Assembly (NCBI RefSeq): GCF_052425735.1
Contig: NC_135759.1
Coordinates: 36,890,001 to 36,954,000, forward strand
Length of the DNA stretch: 64,000 nt
Direction of reading: 5' to 3'
Origin: Oculina patagonica
Lineage: Eukaryota
The translations under genes were made by a program, and so were the position numbers. This document shows, piece after piece, positions 10,412-23,335 of the stretch (position 1 is its first letter; every line of letters begins with the position of its first letter). Below the pieces are notes generated by a model. It was not told the origin of the DNA. It made no database searches and was given only the letters and a program-made list of their open reading frames with translations.

Positions 10412-13400
10412 TTAGACATTGAGTCCTTGAAGTTCAGCAACTTTGTGTTGTAACTTAGCTATTTTCTCTTGCAATCTTAAAACCTTGCCTTGAAGTCTTA
10501 AAACCTCTTTATCAGCTTCTGACAAGGGCGTCTGTGTAGTATCTATAGATTCTGAATCTTTCGCTTTATGTTCTTTTTCCTTGTTAGTATTGCCCTTGAG
10601 TTTATTTCCTTCGCTATTGTCTACTTTGGAGTCTGTTTGCAGATTGTCTCTAACTTGCTTAACAGGTTGCTCCAGTTTTGTCTCGTCATTTCCCGACTTT
10701 TGAGAATCTTTCAAAGCATGCTCCCGGTTGGAATGCACGCTGACCACATCAGACTGATGTTTGTTATCTTTTTCCTCGCCATCGACGTAATTTTGAAACA
10801 TTGGTCTAAGCACTGGGGCGAGTAATGCCCAAATATAGAGGCATAAGCATGCGCTACTCGAACCCATTTTGATCCAAACCGCTGGCCACGACCGTTCGAG
10901 CCCGCTAAGGTTTGTGGCATGGGACGGCCTGTACCAGTTTGTAAGCGTCATCATAATATGTAAAGAAGCAAGAAACATGATAAAATGGAACAAAGAATAG
11001 TTGTATGCTAGATGCTCCTCGTCTTTATCAGCAGTCTCTACGTCGTCACTGCATTTCGAAGGAGAGCTCTTTGCCTCTGTCTTGAGTTCATCTTGTATGC
11101 GAATGCGCCATCTGTCTGAGTAAAGTAGAAAATGATGGCAAGTTAAAAATCGTTTGCAAATAATGACTAAACGAATTACAAAGTAATGTCTACTGATAAG
11201 AAATAAAATAGCAGATGATAAATGATCAAACAAGATAGGGATACTGATAACTAGCCATGGAAAATAAAATAAAATAACATTACAAAGCACAAACGAATTC
11301 AATGAAATTAAATTCAAAATGGTAAGGTGGCTATCAATCCTTTCCGTAGAGTTTTAAAACTTTGCCAAACGTTGTATCTTAACATGTTAATTAAAATTAG
11401 ATAATAATATGGGGGTCACTGGGCTCGTTTTCGAGTTCTAAGCACTTAAAGCTAAATTAAAGGTGTTCTTGACAGGTTGTAATGTCCCTATGGTAACCTG
11501 TTATGCCAGAAGATGCCCACAATTTTGTTTATGGCTAATTGGGCATTCGCTTGATACTAGTTATAGCGTCAACTGATAAAGCGGTGGTAGTATTGATCCT
11601 TTAATTTATAAGTGTTGGAGACCTTTAATCGGACCTTTTGCTCTTTTTGCGCGCGCATTCTACCAGAACAACGGACCATGCCAGATAACTTACTTAGCTT
11701 TGAAGCACTCATAGCTGTGCTAAAACTGGCATAAATGAGCATGACGAATACGAATACACCGCTGACAATTCCCTGCATACTCAGACCAGTAGTTTGGTCG
11801 TAGCCGGATATGACGTAGCCTGGTGGATTGCACAAGTCATCTGGCTCGTGAGAGAGGGCAGACCACGTGAGATATGTCGTGTACGTTATGACCACAGCAG
11901 CTTGAAACAAACCTGAGGAGAATGAACAATGGTCTTAGATGGTTAAATAATGGATAACTAGCAGGGCTCCCACCTTGAAAGAAAAGATAACTTGAACCAT
12001 TTTAAAGGGCCTGGATGGGGGTGCTGGAATCTTGGTTATCAGTTACATTTTTAGCGATTCTCGTCCCCAAAGCTGTTTGTCCCCCTTAGCCGGCAGAGCC
12101 TGGGGCAAGAGAAACAAGTGGCTCTGGGGAAACTTGATTTGATTGGCTAGACTTTAACAAAGAGATTTTGAATGTGACCAATCAATTGAACCGTACTAAA
12201 ATTCCTTACAACAGAGGGATTTTAAAACGGTTGATTTGATTTGCTAAATTAAAATTGCCTTTGTTATCGAGTTCTAGCCAACCAAATCATGTGTCCCCAG
12301 AGCCACTTTTTCCTCGAGCCCCAGGTTCTGCCGGATAAGAGGGACAAGCGGCTCTGGAGACGAGAATATAAGCTTTCATTTAAAATTTCAGTCCATTTCT
12401 TAGCTATCAGTAAATTTCATCTCGCATCTCTGCTATTGAGTTAAAAAACGCGTCATTTCTCAGCAGACATTTAAAATTTTGACCAATTTTCAGCTATCAG
12501 TCATCCCCATGCTGATCCTCCCTCATTTTGCGATTGTGCTAATACTTCGGCGCATGTGTGATTTTATGACGTCACTTACCGGTGCCTGACTGCGCCTCTT
12601 GCACTTTGGGAAGAACGCTGATCACAGTGGCCGCGACGCACTGGCACAAGCTGAACGAGACAAAGAATAAGTTTGTTCGGCACTGGGCATCGCGAGCGAA
12701 ATACTTGAAGAAGAATATCATAGCTACCATGGATATGATGAACAACAGGCCGGTACACGACAGGAAAGTGAGGTACCTGGAGAAAAGACAGAAGATTATC
12801 ATGCAAATGTTTAACCGGAACGATTTAATTCAGTTACCATAATTGAGTTTGACCAAAGAGGTATACGTGACACGAAAACTAATTAAGGATAGTTAAAATT
12901 AGGTAAGGTTGAAACGGATAACAAACAAACTTAAAGTTCCAGTAAAGGCCCTGTGATACGGGCAACATTTTCTTTAACTTGTCTCGCAACATTGTTGCAA
13001 TTGCAAGTTTTCAGTAAAGTGTTGTTGCGCGCATTACCACCGGTGCAAAGTTGAACCCACGCCTCCTTCGCGCATCATGCATTGTTACCGCAACTTGCAA
13101 CACGGAAAGTAATAAGCGAAAAAACACTTGCAATGCAACAATGTTAAGGGACAAGTTGAAAGAAAATGTCAACGATGAACCAACCATCCGTGCGTGACGT
13201 AGCTACAATTTTTTTGTCTTATATAGTCTTCCGTATCCTCTCATTATTTCTGCGAATGTTCTCACTTCTGACCGTCTTCTTTTCCAGTCCAAAATTGCTT
13301 TATGTACTAGTTAGCGTATGGTCATTTAACACCAAAATTATTTTACACCTAGGAATTAAGTAAAGATGACGTCATATTTTAACTGGCTATTCAACAGTTA

Positions 13401-13767
13401 CATACCAACTTCTTGAACGACATGTGGTCGATGCTTTCTCCATTTTCTCTACCCAGGTCTCACTCCAGGAGTGAGACATGTCTACCAACAAAACAAGCTG
13501 AATGAGAATAAAGAGAAATCCGCCGCCCAGTCCAAAGTACATCCAGGCACGGTGGAACGAGAGAGACTGGGGTATCAGCAACGAACACGTGATCAAAGCT
13601 GTAACAAAGAAGTCGATTAAATGTCAGAAAAAAGAAAAGTACACAAGTTTTGCGTATTGTTGTCGAAAGACATTTCACCATTACTTAACGGAACCAAAAA
13701 ATACTTCGAGTGTTCATTCTGTAAAATAGATTTATGAAATATAACACAAACAGGGTGTAAACATTAT

Positions 13768-13809
<42 letters not shown>

Positions 13810-14921
13810 TGACAAAATTTTTTTTTTTTTTTTTGAAGTTTAAAAATAAATTTATATGATATCTTGGGTAAAATTTGAACTAGCTGTGGAAAGTGTAAAG
13901 GAAATCTAGCCTTAGTTGTTCTCTGTAATTAATCAAAATTCTCTTCATAGCTTAGGCAAAGTACGCTATCTGGCTATCGGGTAAAAAAAGCACAACAAAA
14001 CTTTTTAAATTAGCCTGAGTGGTCACTGATAAGAACATTTGTGTTTTCATGATAAATATAAAATACTCGCTGCGACCATCTTCTGACTGAAATATCGCCC
14101 TCACTTCCTATTGACCTGTCGCTACTTCTAGCTAGTAATCATGCATAGGGCGATTTTGAATTGAGTGTCGTATAAGCAAAACCAATAAAATTATTCTATA
14201 TTTAGCCAATCACAAAGGACACAGACAGGCCAGTGAATTGAACCAATCAAAACTCGAAGCGAAATACTTGAAGTCAGTGGTAAGCGCGCGAAACGTGTAT
14301 GAGAGAGTCTCAATAGATTTTTGGTTTGACTTCTGATTGGTTGAGATAGTGGCGCGAATTTTATAAACCAATCACTAAGCGTAGTAATGCAAAACCAAAA
14401 CAACTGCGAAATTACTGTCGAGATGACACTTAAGTGAAAACTTCTCTTACACGAAAACACATTTACATTAAGTTAATAGAAGAAAGTTTCGAAACTTAAG
14501 AGAGGCCAACTATTGTAGGCAAGTTTTGCAATTACTAACCAACTAACATCAAAAACTTGATGTACCAGAATCCATTGTGAATACGCCCGCGGACTTCCTC
14601 CGCACTTTTCACGCCAAATAAAATCCCGGAGAGCACAAGAAAAAACATAGCTGTGCCCAAACACACACGATATACAGCTCTATAACCCACAAGATTGTCG
14701 CAGCTTCTCGAATCCACCATTTCGTTGCAGAAATGCGGAATAGCGTTGAGCTTGTCTCTCATGCGTGGAACTGACAGAACAAAACACAATACAGTCACTA
14801 GGAGGAGAAGCAGTGTGTAGTTAACTCGCGTTACTGTCGATCGCTTGAGTCTGCTGCAGACGCAACAGAAGGAGCATATGCCTTGGTTGCAGTCCTGTCG
14901 ATCCTCGGACTGGTCTTTCAT
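10412..14921 (-). CDS. SERINC: SERINC/TMS1 family protein (paralogue B), 564 aa, 5 exons, extended C-tail with coiled coil
   Basis: Exons 14921-14540, 13598-13406, 12776-12580, 11912-11694, 11115-10412; GT-AG, phase-consistent, 1695 nt. Family motifs GYRAVYRVC, IHNGFWYIKF, GGFLFILIQLVLLVD.SHSW, GLFQAAVVITYTTYLTWSALS, YNYSLFHFIMFLASLHIMMTLTNW, WPAVWIKM.SS. Confidence 0.93.
12057..12367. mobile_element. MITE with ~95-bp imperfect TIRs (attctcgtcccc family) in SERINC-B intron 3
   Basis: attctcgtccccaaagc...tggctctgggg...ttggctaga versus tctagccaa...ccccagagcca...gctctggagacgagaat. Confidence 0.75.
12946..13170. mobile_element. Palindromic MITE remnant (PIF/Harbinger-like)
   Basis: acattttctttaacttgtctcgcaacattgttgca mirrored by tgcaacaatgttaagggacaagttgaaagaaaatgt. 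Confidence 0.55.
13770..13833. repeat. Poly-T tracts
   Basis: Runs of ~37 and ~17 T. Confidence 0.9.
14146..14448. mobile_element. MITE (gagcggttttca family), degenerate copy
   Basis: Similar to 24739-24987: ttgagtgtcgta...aaaaccaa...aaccaatca...aactcgaagc...gacacttaagtgaaaac. Confidence 0.65.
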
Positions 14922-15356
14922 CCTAGCGAGCTGGAGGTTTGTTTATTGCACTGGTTCGCGAGAAAAAAAAGATGTTTTTGGCTACCTTTCTCAGCTGGTG
15001 GCACTATTGTGTCGGTATAACGTCACCGGGCAAATGTGTTTGTGAAATGATAAACCAACTTTCTTGTAACATAAACGGTGTAGCATAAACTGGCAACAAT
15101 CTATTTTGTAAAAGGTTATAAAATAATTGATCTGAGAACAGATCGTGAAATTTCGTGCGATGTTAAATTTATTTTATTTTTGTGTGTGTACGTAAACAAA
15201 AAACAATTATGAACCACTCTGACAGGACAATTAAAACTTCGTCGTTGCGGTGCTCAATCAGTGAAAAGAATCTTTTCTGATGTAGTTTCATAATTTCTGC
15301 TTAACAACCGCAATTTAACATAATTAACTAAAAATGATAATAATAAAATGTTTGTG

Positions 15357-15600
15357 GAGGCCCGGTGGCCTAATGAACCATGCGCTGAACTCCGGATAGA
15401 GGGGCTTAGTATAGAACCTGACCAGAACTTTATTTTTAAAGTAGTATTTTTATTTGTAATCGTTTTTATTTTTATACGTTTAATTTAGTAGAGTACCTGT
15501 AAACTAGCTAAGATAGGAAGTATACCCCCAACTTGAAAGAATAGTTGAATGATCAAATGCTTTCTAGTTGGGTCATTCGGGCAAGATTTTTTAATTCTGC
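15357..15600 (+). mobile_element. Degenerate, interrupted copy of the tRNA-derived SINE
   Basis: ggaggcccggtggcctaatg...gcgctgaactccgga head; tcgggcaagat core-like remnant near 15577. Confidence 0.45.
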
Positions 15601-16886
15601 AGGGCTCCTCTCCTTCCAACGATCATTGCATGTAAGTGGTTTGGAAAACCGTGCAATGCCGGCACAAGAATAAAGTCAATGTCCCACACAGCCAGAATTT
15701 TAATTAATTTTAATTCTCCCCGCTGTTTTTCATTAACTCAGTTTTTCAGTATTCTTGGGAGACCATGAAAGAAGGTGACAGTTGCGTTTTCCGCCAGTGG
15801 CATGTTGGTATCGAACTTTTGGTCCTAAATATAACATTTTTAAATATCCTAAAGTTATGATTCGAATTCTCTTTCAAACAGACTGGCGATATTCCCTTGA
15901 TTTGCCACTTTATTCTCCCCACTGACATCACACAAAATGTACGAGAATAAGAAATGAGAATTGAAATGGATCTTCAAGAAAAGGTGTTCGTATGCATAAC
16001 TGCAAATACCACGATTCTAACTTTTAAAAGAAGTAGGATATTCACTTTATTTTCCTAGAAATCAGTGCTATATTAAGTTCATATAAGTGAGATTAGCTGA
16101 GCTCCAGTGTAATGATTGTATAAACCATTGAAACAATTTTTCGCAAGCAAAATTGTTTCAGACGACACTTTCTGTGTCCTTTAAAAGTATATGAAAACAC
16201 AAGTCACAAAGCAGTTCTTGGATTAAATGTTTTCTTTTAATTTCATTTTTTCTTTTCGCCGCAATTTCAGCGATCATATTCCATATATAAGTTTCAATAT
16301 AAGTTTGATACAAATTCTTAGAAAAAATTCCTTGCTTATAATACAAAATAAAAGTCACCGAGTAAAAAGTGACGCAGAAACGCGAAGGCCAAAAAGCAAG
16401 ATTCGAGCCAGCATCATTATGACTTTATACAGCACAAGTAAAAAAATACGCGATATAAATAACATACAGGCAGACTTCGAATATCTACAGTATCAGTACT
16501 GCCTTTTAATCCCACATTGCCACGAGGTTTTTGTGAAAATAATTGAAAAACGTTTTCTGACTTAAGATCTTCCTTTCTCTGTAAAGCCTTGTGCTGGTCT
16601 TGTAGTCCGAGGTCCCAAAATCAAGCCCTCCACCCCGCCACTATCTACGCTAGCCGAATTTGCTGTCGCTAGTCCCGTGTTCAGCTCCGAGCCTATGCCA
16701 TGTTAAAAGCTAACTGGTAAACCTAATTTTAACAACAAGCTGCATGGTACAAACACGAACGACGTAAAACAAAGTTGCACGATCCGTTTAACTTTATAAC
16801 ACTCCAGGATTTCTTTTCACTTTCACACCCGTGACACTCCGCTAAATATTTTCCTATTAATACTACAAAACTATACCTATAGAAAA

Positions 16887-18983
16887 CTATCCTCGTTTTG
16901 TAACGTTATCTGTTCTTGGAATAGTCACTTCTCCTGTTTCTTGTATGGATAAAATTTTATGTTGGATTTTAACGATTTTCGCCTGAAATCTGAGAATTCT
17001 CTCTTGAAGTCTAAGGATTTCCTTTGAAACTTCAGGTTCCTTAACGCTATTCTTGAAAACACTTTCTTGTGTTATTTTCTCGAACGGATGATCAATCTGT
17101 ATGCGAACTGGAAGTGAAGGATTCGGAAGCTTTATTTGTTCTACCGAAGTTCTGTCGGAAGAACACGAAGCTGTCCGATTATTTACCGATATATCACGCG
17201 AAAGCAAGGTACTATCGGCCGACGAAGCAGGTGTAACTGGGTGTTTATCTCTTTGTCTTTCGACGGCTTTTTCACTTGTGCGTCCGTGGCTATTAGTTTC
17301 CATTTTTGTACGCGTAAAATCATTCGAATTTTGACGTTCTGTCCTTTTATGATCTAATGTTTTAGCGCTAGACTCCGATTTACTCGCTTCACTCACAACA
17401 GAAATTTCGTCTGCTCGAGGATTTTCAGATGTTCCTTGCACGTTTCTTTTCCTGGTTTTATTATTTTGCTCGAGCTGTTGCTTCGGTTTAGTCCTGTCGG
17501 GCGTAGCTTCAGATGTTTTCAATTTCTCCTTAGCCTTCTTGAAATCGTCTCTCAGCCGAGCAGCACTCGCTCTTCTCGCACTAGGAACTCTTACAGGCTC
17601 TAACTCCAGTCCAAGATAGTGACCCCACGTGCTGCGTATTAACGGTGCCACAAGAGTCCATATGTACACCAGACAACAAATAAAACTTGATGCCATTTGC
17701 ACCCACACGGCTGCCCAGTTCTTAATCATTTTCTTGAAATCGACGTTTTGGTCTGGACTATGCCAGTTCGTCATCACCATCATCACATGTAACGACGCTA
17801 GAAAAAGGACAAAATGGAAGAAAGAATAACTGTATGCAACGTCTTCTCTTTCTTGTTCTTCGTCGCCTTTGCCCTCCTCGTTAGAATCTTTATCCCCTTT
17901 TCGATGCTTAGCATTTTTCTCGGCGCTCTTTCGCAAGTATTCAGGGCTGTCCGACAAAGACAGACCGAGTTTCCCGAGCTGTGACGTACTGGCTCGGACA
18001 GTGCATGCGAACGCCAGCAAAGAAAACATCAAAAGCGTTCCGAATATAGCTTGCCCGTTCACTCCAGAAACCTTATCGTATTCCAGTATGACCGCGCCCA
18101 GCGGGTTACACTTCGAGTCTGGTTGAGATGAAAGGGTATTCCATGTAAGATACATGGTGTATATCGTAATAACTGAAGATTGCAGAAGACCGGCTCCCGT
18201 TGTTTCTTCCTGTATTCGAGGCAGTATGGAGATAATTGTGGCTAGCGCGCAGTGTCCCACGTTAAAACTGATATAAAATGTGTTTGCTTTGCACTGCGAG
18301 ATGTCGTCCGGGTTTGTAAAAAAGAGATAAAACATCACGGCGGCCGTGACAGAAAGTGAATACACTAAAGCTGTTGAAAACGCCAGCGAGAAGTACCAAC
18401 ACTTCGTGTCGAGAGTGTCCATCTTCTCTGCCCAAGACATGCTCCACGAGTGACCAAAGTCGATCACGAGAATTATTTGAATGAGAATAAACATAAAACC
18501 TCCTGTGAGTCCGATATACATCCATATCTTGCTGAAGGGGTCCGTATTCGGTAGGTAAAATACGATTCCTATAATCAAAACAAACAGGGAGAGTTTGATG
18601 TACCAGAATCCATTGTGAATTCTGGCGCGGAACTGTTTTTTTGAGTGCACATTGTAGGTGAGAAGCGAAAACAATAAGAAGAATGCAGACATGGCGACGG
18701 AAACTCTGTACACGGCTCCATATCCCACGAGGTTGTCGCACACCTGTTTAGAAGCAAGTTTTGTGCAGAAAAACGGGACTTTATCAAGATACACCCGCAT
18801 GTTCGGAGAAAGCATTACAAGACAAAGAATCGTACCCAGGAGTAAGAAGACAGTGAAGTATAGCCTCGATCTGATGCCTCCAACTTTCTTTTTGCAAAAT
18901 AAGCTGCACGCTGCTGAGCCTGCGCAACAAGCGACCTCACTCGCTACTTCCGCTAAGCCCAGAGTCTGTAGAGCTGCTCCCAT
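16887..18983 (-). CDS. SERINC: SERINC/TMS1 family protein (paralogue A), 698 aa, intronless CDS, extended C-tail with coiled coil
   Basis: Single ORF; MGA...ACCAGSAACS N-terminus, GYGAVYRV, IHNGFWYIK, GLLQSSVITIYTMYLTW, YSYSFFHFVLFLASLHVMMVMTNW, WAAVWVQMASS, YIWTLVAP; then ~250 extra hydrophilic residues. Confidence 0.95.
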   Translation of the reverse strand: MGAALQTLGLAEVASEVACCAGSAACSLFCKKKVGGIRSRLYFTVFLLLGTILCLVMLSPNMRVYLDKVPFFCTKLASKQVCDNLVGYGAVYRVSVAMSAFFLLFSLLTYNVHSKKQFRARIHNGFWYIKLSLFVLIIGIVFYLPNTDPFSKIWMYIGLTGGFMFILIQIILVIDFGHSWSMSWAEKMDTLDTKCWYFSLAFSTALVYSLSVTAAVMFYLFFTNPDDISQCKANTFYISFNVGHCALATIISILPRIQEETTGAGLLQSSVITIYTMYLTWNTLSSQPDSKCNPLGAVILEYDKVSGVNGQAIFGTLLMFSLLAFACTVRASTSQLGKLGLSLSDSPEYLRKSAEKNAKHRKGDKDSNEEGKGDEEQEREDVAYSYSFFHFVLFLASLHVMMVMTNWHSPDQNVDFKKMIKNWAAVWVQMASSFICCLVYIWTLVAPLIRSTWGHYLGLELEPVRVPSARRASAARLRDDFKKAKEKLKTSEATPDRTKPKQQLEQNNKTRKRNVQGTSENPRADEISVVSEASKSESSAKTLDHKRTERQNSNDFTRTKMETNSHGRTSEKAVERQRDKHPVTPASSADSTLLSRDISVNNRTASCSSDRTSVEQIKLPNPSLPVRIQIDHPFEKITQESVFKNSVKEPEVSKEILRLQERILRFQAKIVKIQHKILSIQETGEVTIPRTDNVTKRG

Positions 18984-20620
18984 AGAAACCCATAAAGAAC
19001 TCTGGGATAGGTTGAACGATAAACAAATGGATACTCAAAACCATTCAGCTTTGTCAGGCCTTCTTGGGTAATTCGATGCCACGAGAAACCTTTATAACTT
19101 TAGCCTTGTTTGTCAGTCTTTCTTCCACCTAACCACCAGAATTCCAAATTTGTTTTAGGCCACAAAACGTGCTGAATCGTTGAAACTGGCAAATTTCTTG
19201 ATGTGATATTTTAAGATTTCACAGCTTTGCGTTGTTGTTGATCTGATAGGCAACAATTTTCTCAAATTTGCTTGACGACGAAATAACCTTTCAGTTGTAA
19301 AAGGCAGTTTGTTCGCAAAGAAATTCACCAGAGAGTGTTTACGTGTAGAGTTTACCTCCTTTCCGCAAAATTACACAGTTATATTTTTGCGGTTTGTCGA
19401 TTTACTTAGTCTAACAGGTAATTGATGTTTGGATAAGCCATCGTTTGTAAGTTTCAATCTCCATTTCCCGGTAACTCCATATATTCTATACAAAGGGTAC
19501 TGCAATATGACCAGGGTCGCTTTTTCCTTATTTCGCACAAAGTTCGTTCCGTCGACTGCAGATCTTTACGAGGAAAGTACTATGTCCAACTTTGGAAACG
19601 CCTTAAAATTGCGTAGTCGCCCAGTGATCGAAGTCCACGGTCAATCGAGCGTAAAATGAACCCAAAGAAACACAAACCACAACCAGCCAAATTCTCCAAC
19701 AAACGCGTGCCTGGTACAAACGCAAAAGCAATATTTTTCTTTCCGAAAACCTCCTTGAAACAAACTTGGATATCGCGCGAGATAATCCAGAACTTTTCTT
19801 TTTTTCTCCCGAGCTACTTCTTGCATGGAGTATATTGTTATTTTTGGTCGTGACAGCGGTGAAACCAAATTACGCCACCAGTCAACAGGTGAACGAATCA
19901 ATAACCGGCCGTCTGAGCCCGTCATACAAGGCAACGGAGGACAGCGCGTGGCGCAGTGAACATTACCGTTTTAGACAAAACATTTGACAGTTATCAATTC
20001 AGCTTTACCCAAAGGCTTCATTCGCTTGGCGGCTTGGGTCATGTCTCGACAGCCTCTCGGTACGTTTTTTTTTACCCTGAGAAAAATATCAAAAGCTCGG
20101 GCACGCGGGATAACTGTGACTGTTCCAAGTGGATATCGCCATCCCGCGAAGTGATTTTGCGGTTCTCGTAACGTTTCTTGTTTTAGCATTTGTTTAACAT
20201 TTTTATGTCGATTTGTATTACCAGAACAATACTAAACTGTGGATGGTAAAATTAAGTGAAAAAACGAGAAAACACTTCTGGTACGCTTGTTTTATCATTG
20301 TAGTAAACCAAGCAACAAAACGATGTAAAATATAAGAATTGCCAAGGAGCAAGAATGGAACATAATAGAACGCAACAGAACAGACTAATTTTTTTTTCTA
20401 GGGCATTTGAAATTCAGTCTTAAGACCATTATAGACTCTTATACTCCCATCTACAACCGAGCCCTTGGTTTAGGTCGGAGATGTTTGACGTAAGAAGTTA
20501 AGGGAACAATTCACAGGTTTTTTTTATTGACGTTCACACAAAGCAATTTACAGACGTAAATACAAAATTTACGTATACTACAATACAGTACAAAGTTTTA
20601 ACTAATCGCATATTCTAAAT

Positions 20621-20820
20621 TACCCTGGGTCCCAGAAGTTTTTTTTTCTTTTTTGCAGGAAAGACACTATTTGTGAGCGGCGAAGCCGCGATCGTGACGA
20701 GCGAAAAAACCCTCGGGGTTTTTTTTTTTTTCTTGTGTCGGCGCGTCTCCCCCCCTCAACGATCGCGGCTTCGCCGCTCTTTGTCGCCGCAAAAAAAAAA
20801 CCCATCTGGCACCCAGGGTA
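20621..20820. mobile_element. 200-bp MITE, 9-bp TSD (AcademH-like)
   Basis: attctaaat|taccctgggtcccaga ... tctggcacccagggta|attctaaat. Confidence 0.88.
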
Positions 20821-21000
20821 ATTCTAAATTGCCACATTAAGTAATAATACAAGGCAACGTTACCTTTTAATGCGAGATGTATCAGACAAAAGAAAATGAT
20901 AGCAAAACAACTCATGATCAAATTATTATACTTATCAACTTACAATCAATTACTGGAAAGAACTGATTATATTTATTAGTTTTGTTATTTTTGAAGGCTG

Positions 21001-21170
21001 TTTACAACTCCCAGTGTTCTCTTTGTTTCGATAACCGCGCAAAGCCTTTGGTGACGTCGCCCCTCAGATAGAGCCCAGACTCCCTTGAGCCGAGAGCGCC
21101 TAAGGGACTAGACTGATTAAACCTTTCTGCGATAGCTGAATGAGCCTGCCGTTGCTTGGCAACATGACGT
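21001..21170. promoter_or_regulatory. Motif cluster: ZNF143/THAP11-like TACAACTCCCAG, RFX X-box, CRE half-sites
   Basis: tacaactcccag 21003-21014; tgacgt 21052-21057; gttgcttggcaac 21151-21163; tgacgt 21165-21170. Motif match only. Confidence 0.3.
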
Positions 21171-21837
21171 ATGTACAACTCGCGAGTGTCCGAGCTATCT
21201 TCAATTGGCTCGGGAGCACTTGCTCCGTGAATCATGAGGCAACTTATCACACAATATATATTTAAAACATTTCTCAAAAGACTCAATGTTCTACTTCAAC
21301 TACAAAGTTACGCTGAACAAAGTTGTGTATGCCACGAAGGAACCTAAAACGTTTTGTTCGCTGTACAACCTTTATATAACTTGTATAACTGTTTAAGTTG
21401 AAAGCCATACCATTTAATGTTTTACGTGATGCTATAACTAATATCTATGAAATGTTTATATGCCAAATCTATCTACTGTACCTACCTATCTATCTGTCCT
21501 TTTTTGCTGCGCGGGCTTGAAACTTGCCTCATCCCCGGAACTTTTCTTGTACGGATAATTTTTGACATTGTTTTCAATCTTTTACAAAGAGCGCAAAAGA
21601 AGCGAAATATTTTATCAAAGCAAAGTGTTGCATGGTGGCACAACTGATCTTCGCATTTAATACTTTCAAAATCTATCCTGATTTAAATATCATTCAGTTC
21701 GTTTATGATATGCAAAAAAATATCAGTTATTTTCATCACTGCGTTTCCATCTAGCTCTAATTTACAAACAGCGTATTGTTTTTGCTTATTCACTGCTAAA
21801 AGAACTCATTAATGTGCCCCGTGTGCCAAGATATAAA

Positions 21838-23291
21838 CTATTTAATAAAGATGTAGCAGAAAGCCTTGATTGATTTTTCACCGTTATCAGCGCCAGAAGT
21901 AGCCTCGTTCCCACACGAGTTGCTGGAGTCCATTCCTCCGCTGCTCCCCTCGGTCCCAAACCCAATCCTTGACGTGGCCTCGCCTCCGCCTCCGCAGTTC
22001 TTATATCCTATCATACCTATTCGGACTTTTGCAGAGCTGTCTTCAAAGTTAAACCCTTCCTTGGCGGTACTGCATCCATTCTAAATGAGAAAAATTGTAA
22101 AGTGCCGAAAATAAAAAAAAGGGTAGATCCAAAGGGATACTTCATTGTTTGCCATGTAACACTGTTTGCAATGTACTTTTTTTTCGTACTTACATGCATA
22201 GATGATCCGTTTATTAATGATTTCCATTTTGAGCGCTCAATGTTTAGTTTCACATCGCTATTTCCAGCGGAAAATATCCCAAAGAGCTGATTGTTTATTC
22301 GTTTGGGTATCTTGAGCCATTTAGTAGTTCCGTTAACTTTCATTCCAACACATAAGCCTTCCTGGAAAGTAGCAGTGGCAAAGAAGGCAAATTTTGTTTC
22401 CTGTAAAGAAGGAAAATTATTTAAAATTTTCAAACAATTTCTATGTTAAACTTAATTTCACGGAATGACCTTAGACAAATGTGGCTCATTTTTAATCAGT
22501 TATAATGGTTTTTCAGTTACATTAATTTCACAGTCTTCCCGGATTCTTCCGTTAAGTCTCTTTAACCAGGTGTATAAATGGGTACAGTGTTGTGGGAAAT
22601 TGTTTCGATTACCTGGAAAAAACCTGTTAGCACCCAATTCGAAGTATTTTATTTATCTTTTAATTCCTAGAACATCTTCTGAACTGAAACTCGAAACAGA
22701 TTTATTTTAATACCGTATTGCTGAGATCTTTTCCTCCTGCTTCATTGTAGGGGTTTGTGTTTGTCCACAGTTCAGAGGAGTATTTGAACGTCGCCTACAA
22801 TAAAATCACAGGGATTATTTCAACAAACCAACATGCAGAGAGCTCTATTGATCATGTCACTCCCAAACGAAGAATTGCGCACTTCTTCGGTCATGTGCAT
22901 GCTTGAGCAACCATTACCGCCAAAGCGTGGTTTAAATATCTTTCATGCGATCAACAAAAAATAAATGAAACAGAGAAAATTTACTCATAAACTCCAAGAA
23001 ACTAATAATTCGGCAGTACTTTTGTTTCTTATTTCGAATTTGACTGTTTCCCTCACTGTTTTCTATTTAACAACTAGACAACAAGCTCTATGAAGTCAAT
23101 AGAAACCGAGATCGAGCCGTCTCCCAGTGGCTGATCTATTTAAAAACACAGAATATAAGTATCACTAGAATTCAGTAGTTTATTGAAGATTTTGGTTGAT
23201 AAAGTCAATAAAAACTAAGCGCGCGCTCCGATTCCACAAGCGCGCGTTGGATATGAGATGGTAGATATTACGCGCCTAGTTAGCTATAACG

Positions 23292-23335
<44 letters not shown>

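Noticed and set aside
17101-19071. Antisense and alternative-frame ORFs over SERINC-A (likewise over 36299-40441)
   Set aside because: Shadow ORFs of the true coding strand
21002-21286. 94-aa ORF with a signal-peptide-like start
   Set aside because: TTG start, no splice or homology support; the region looks regulatory or repeat-derived
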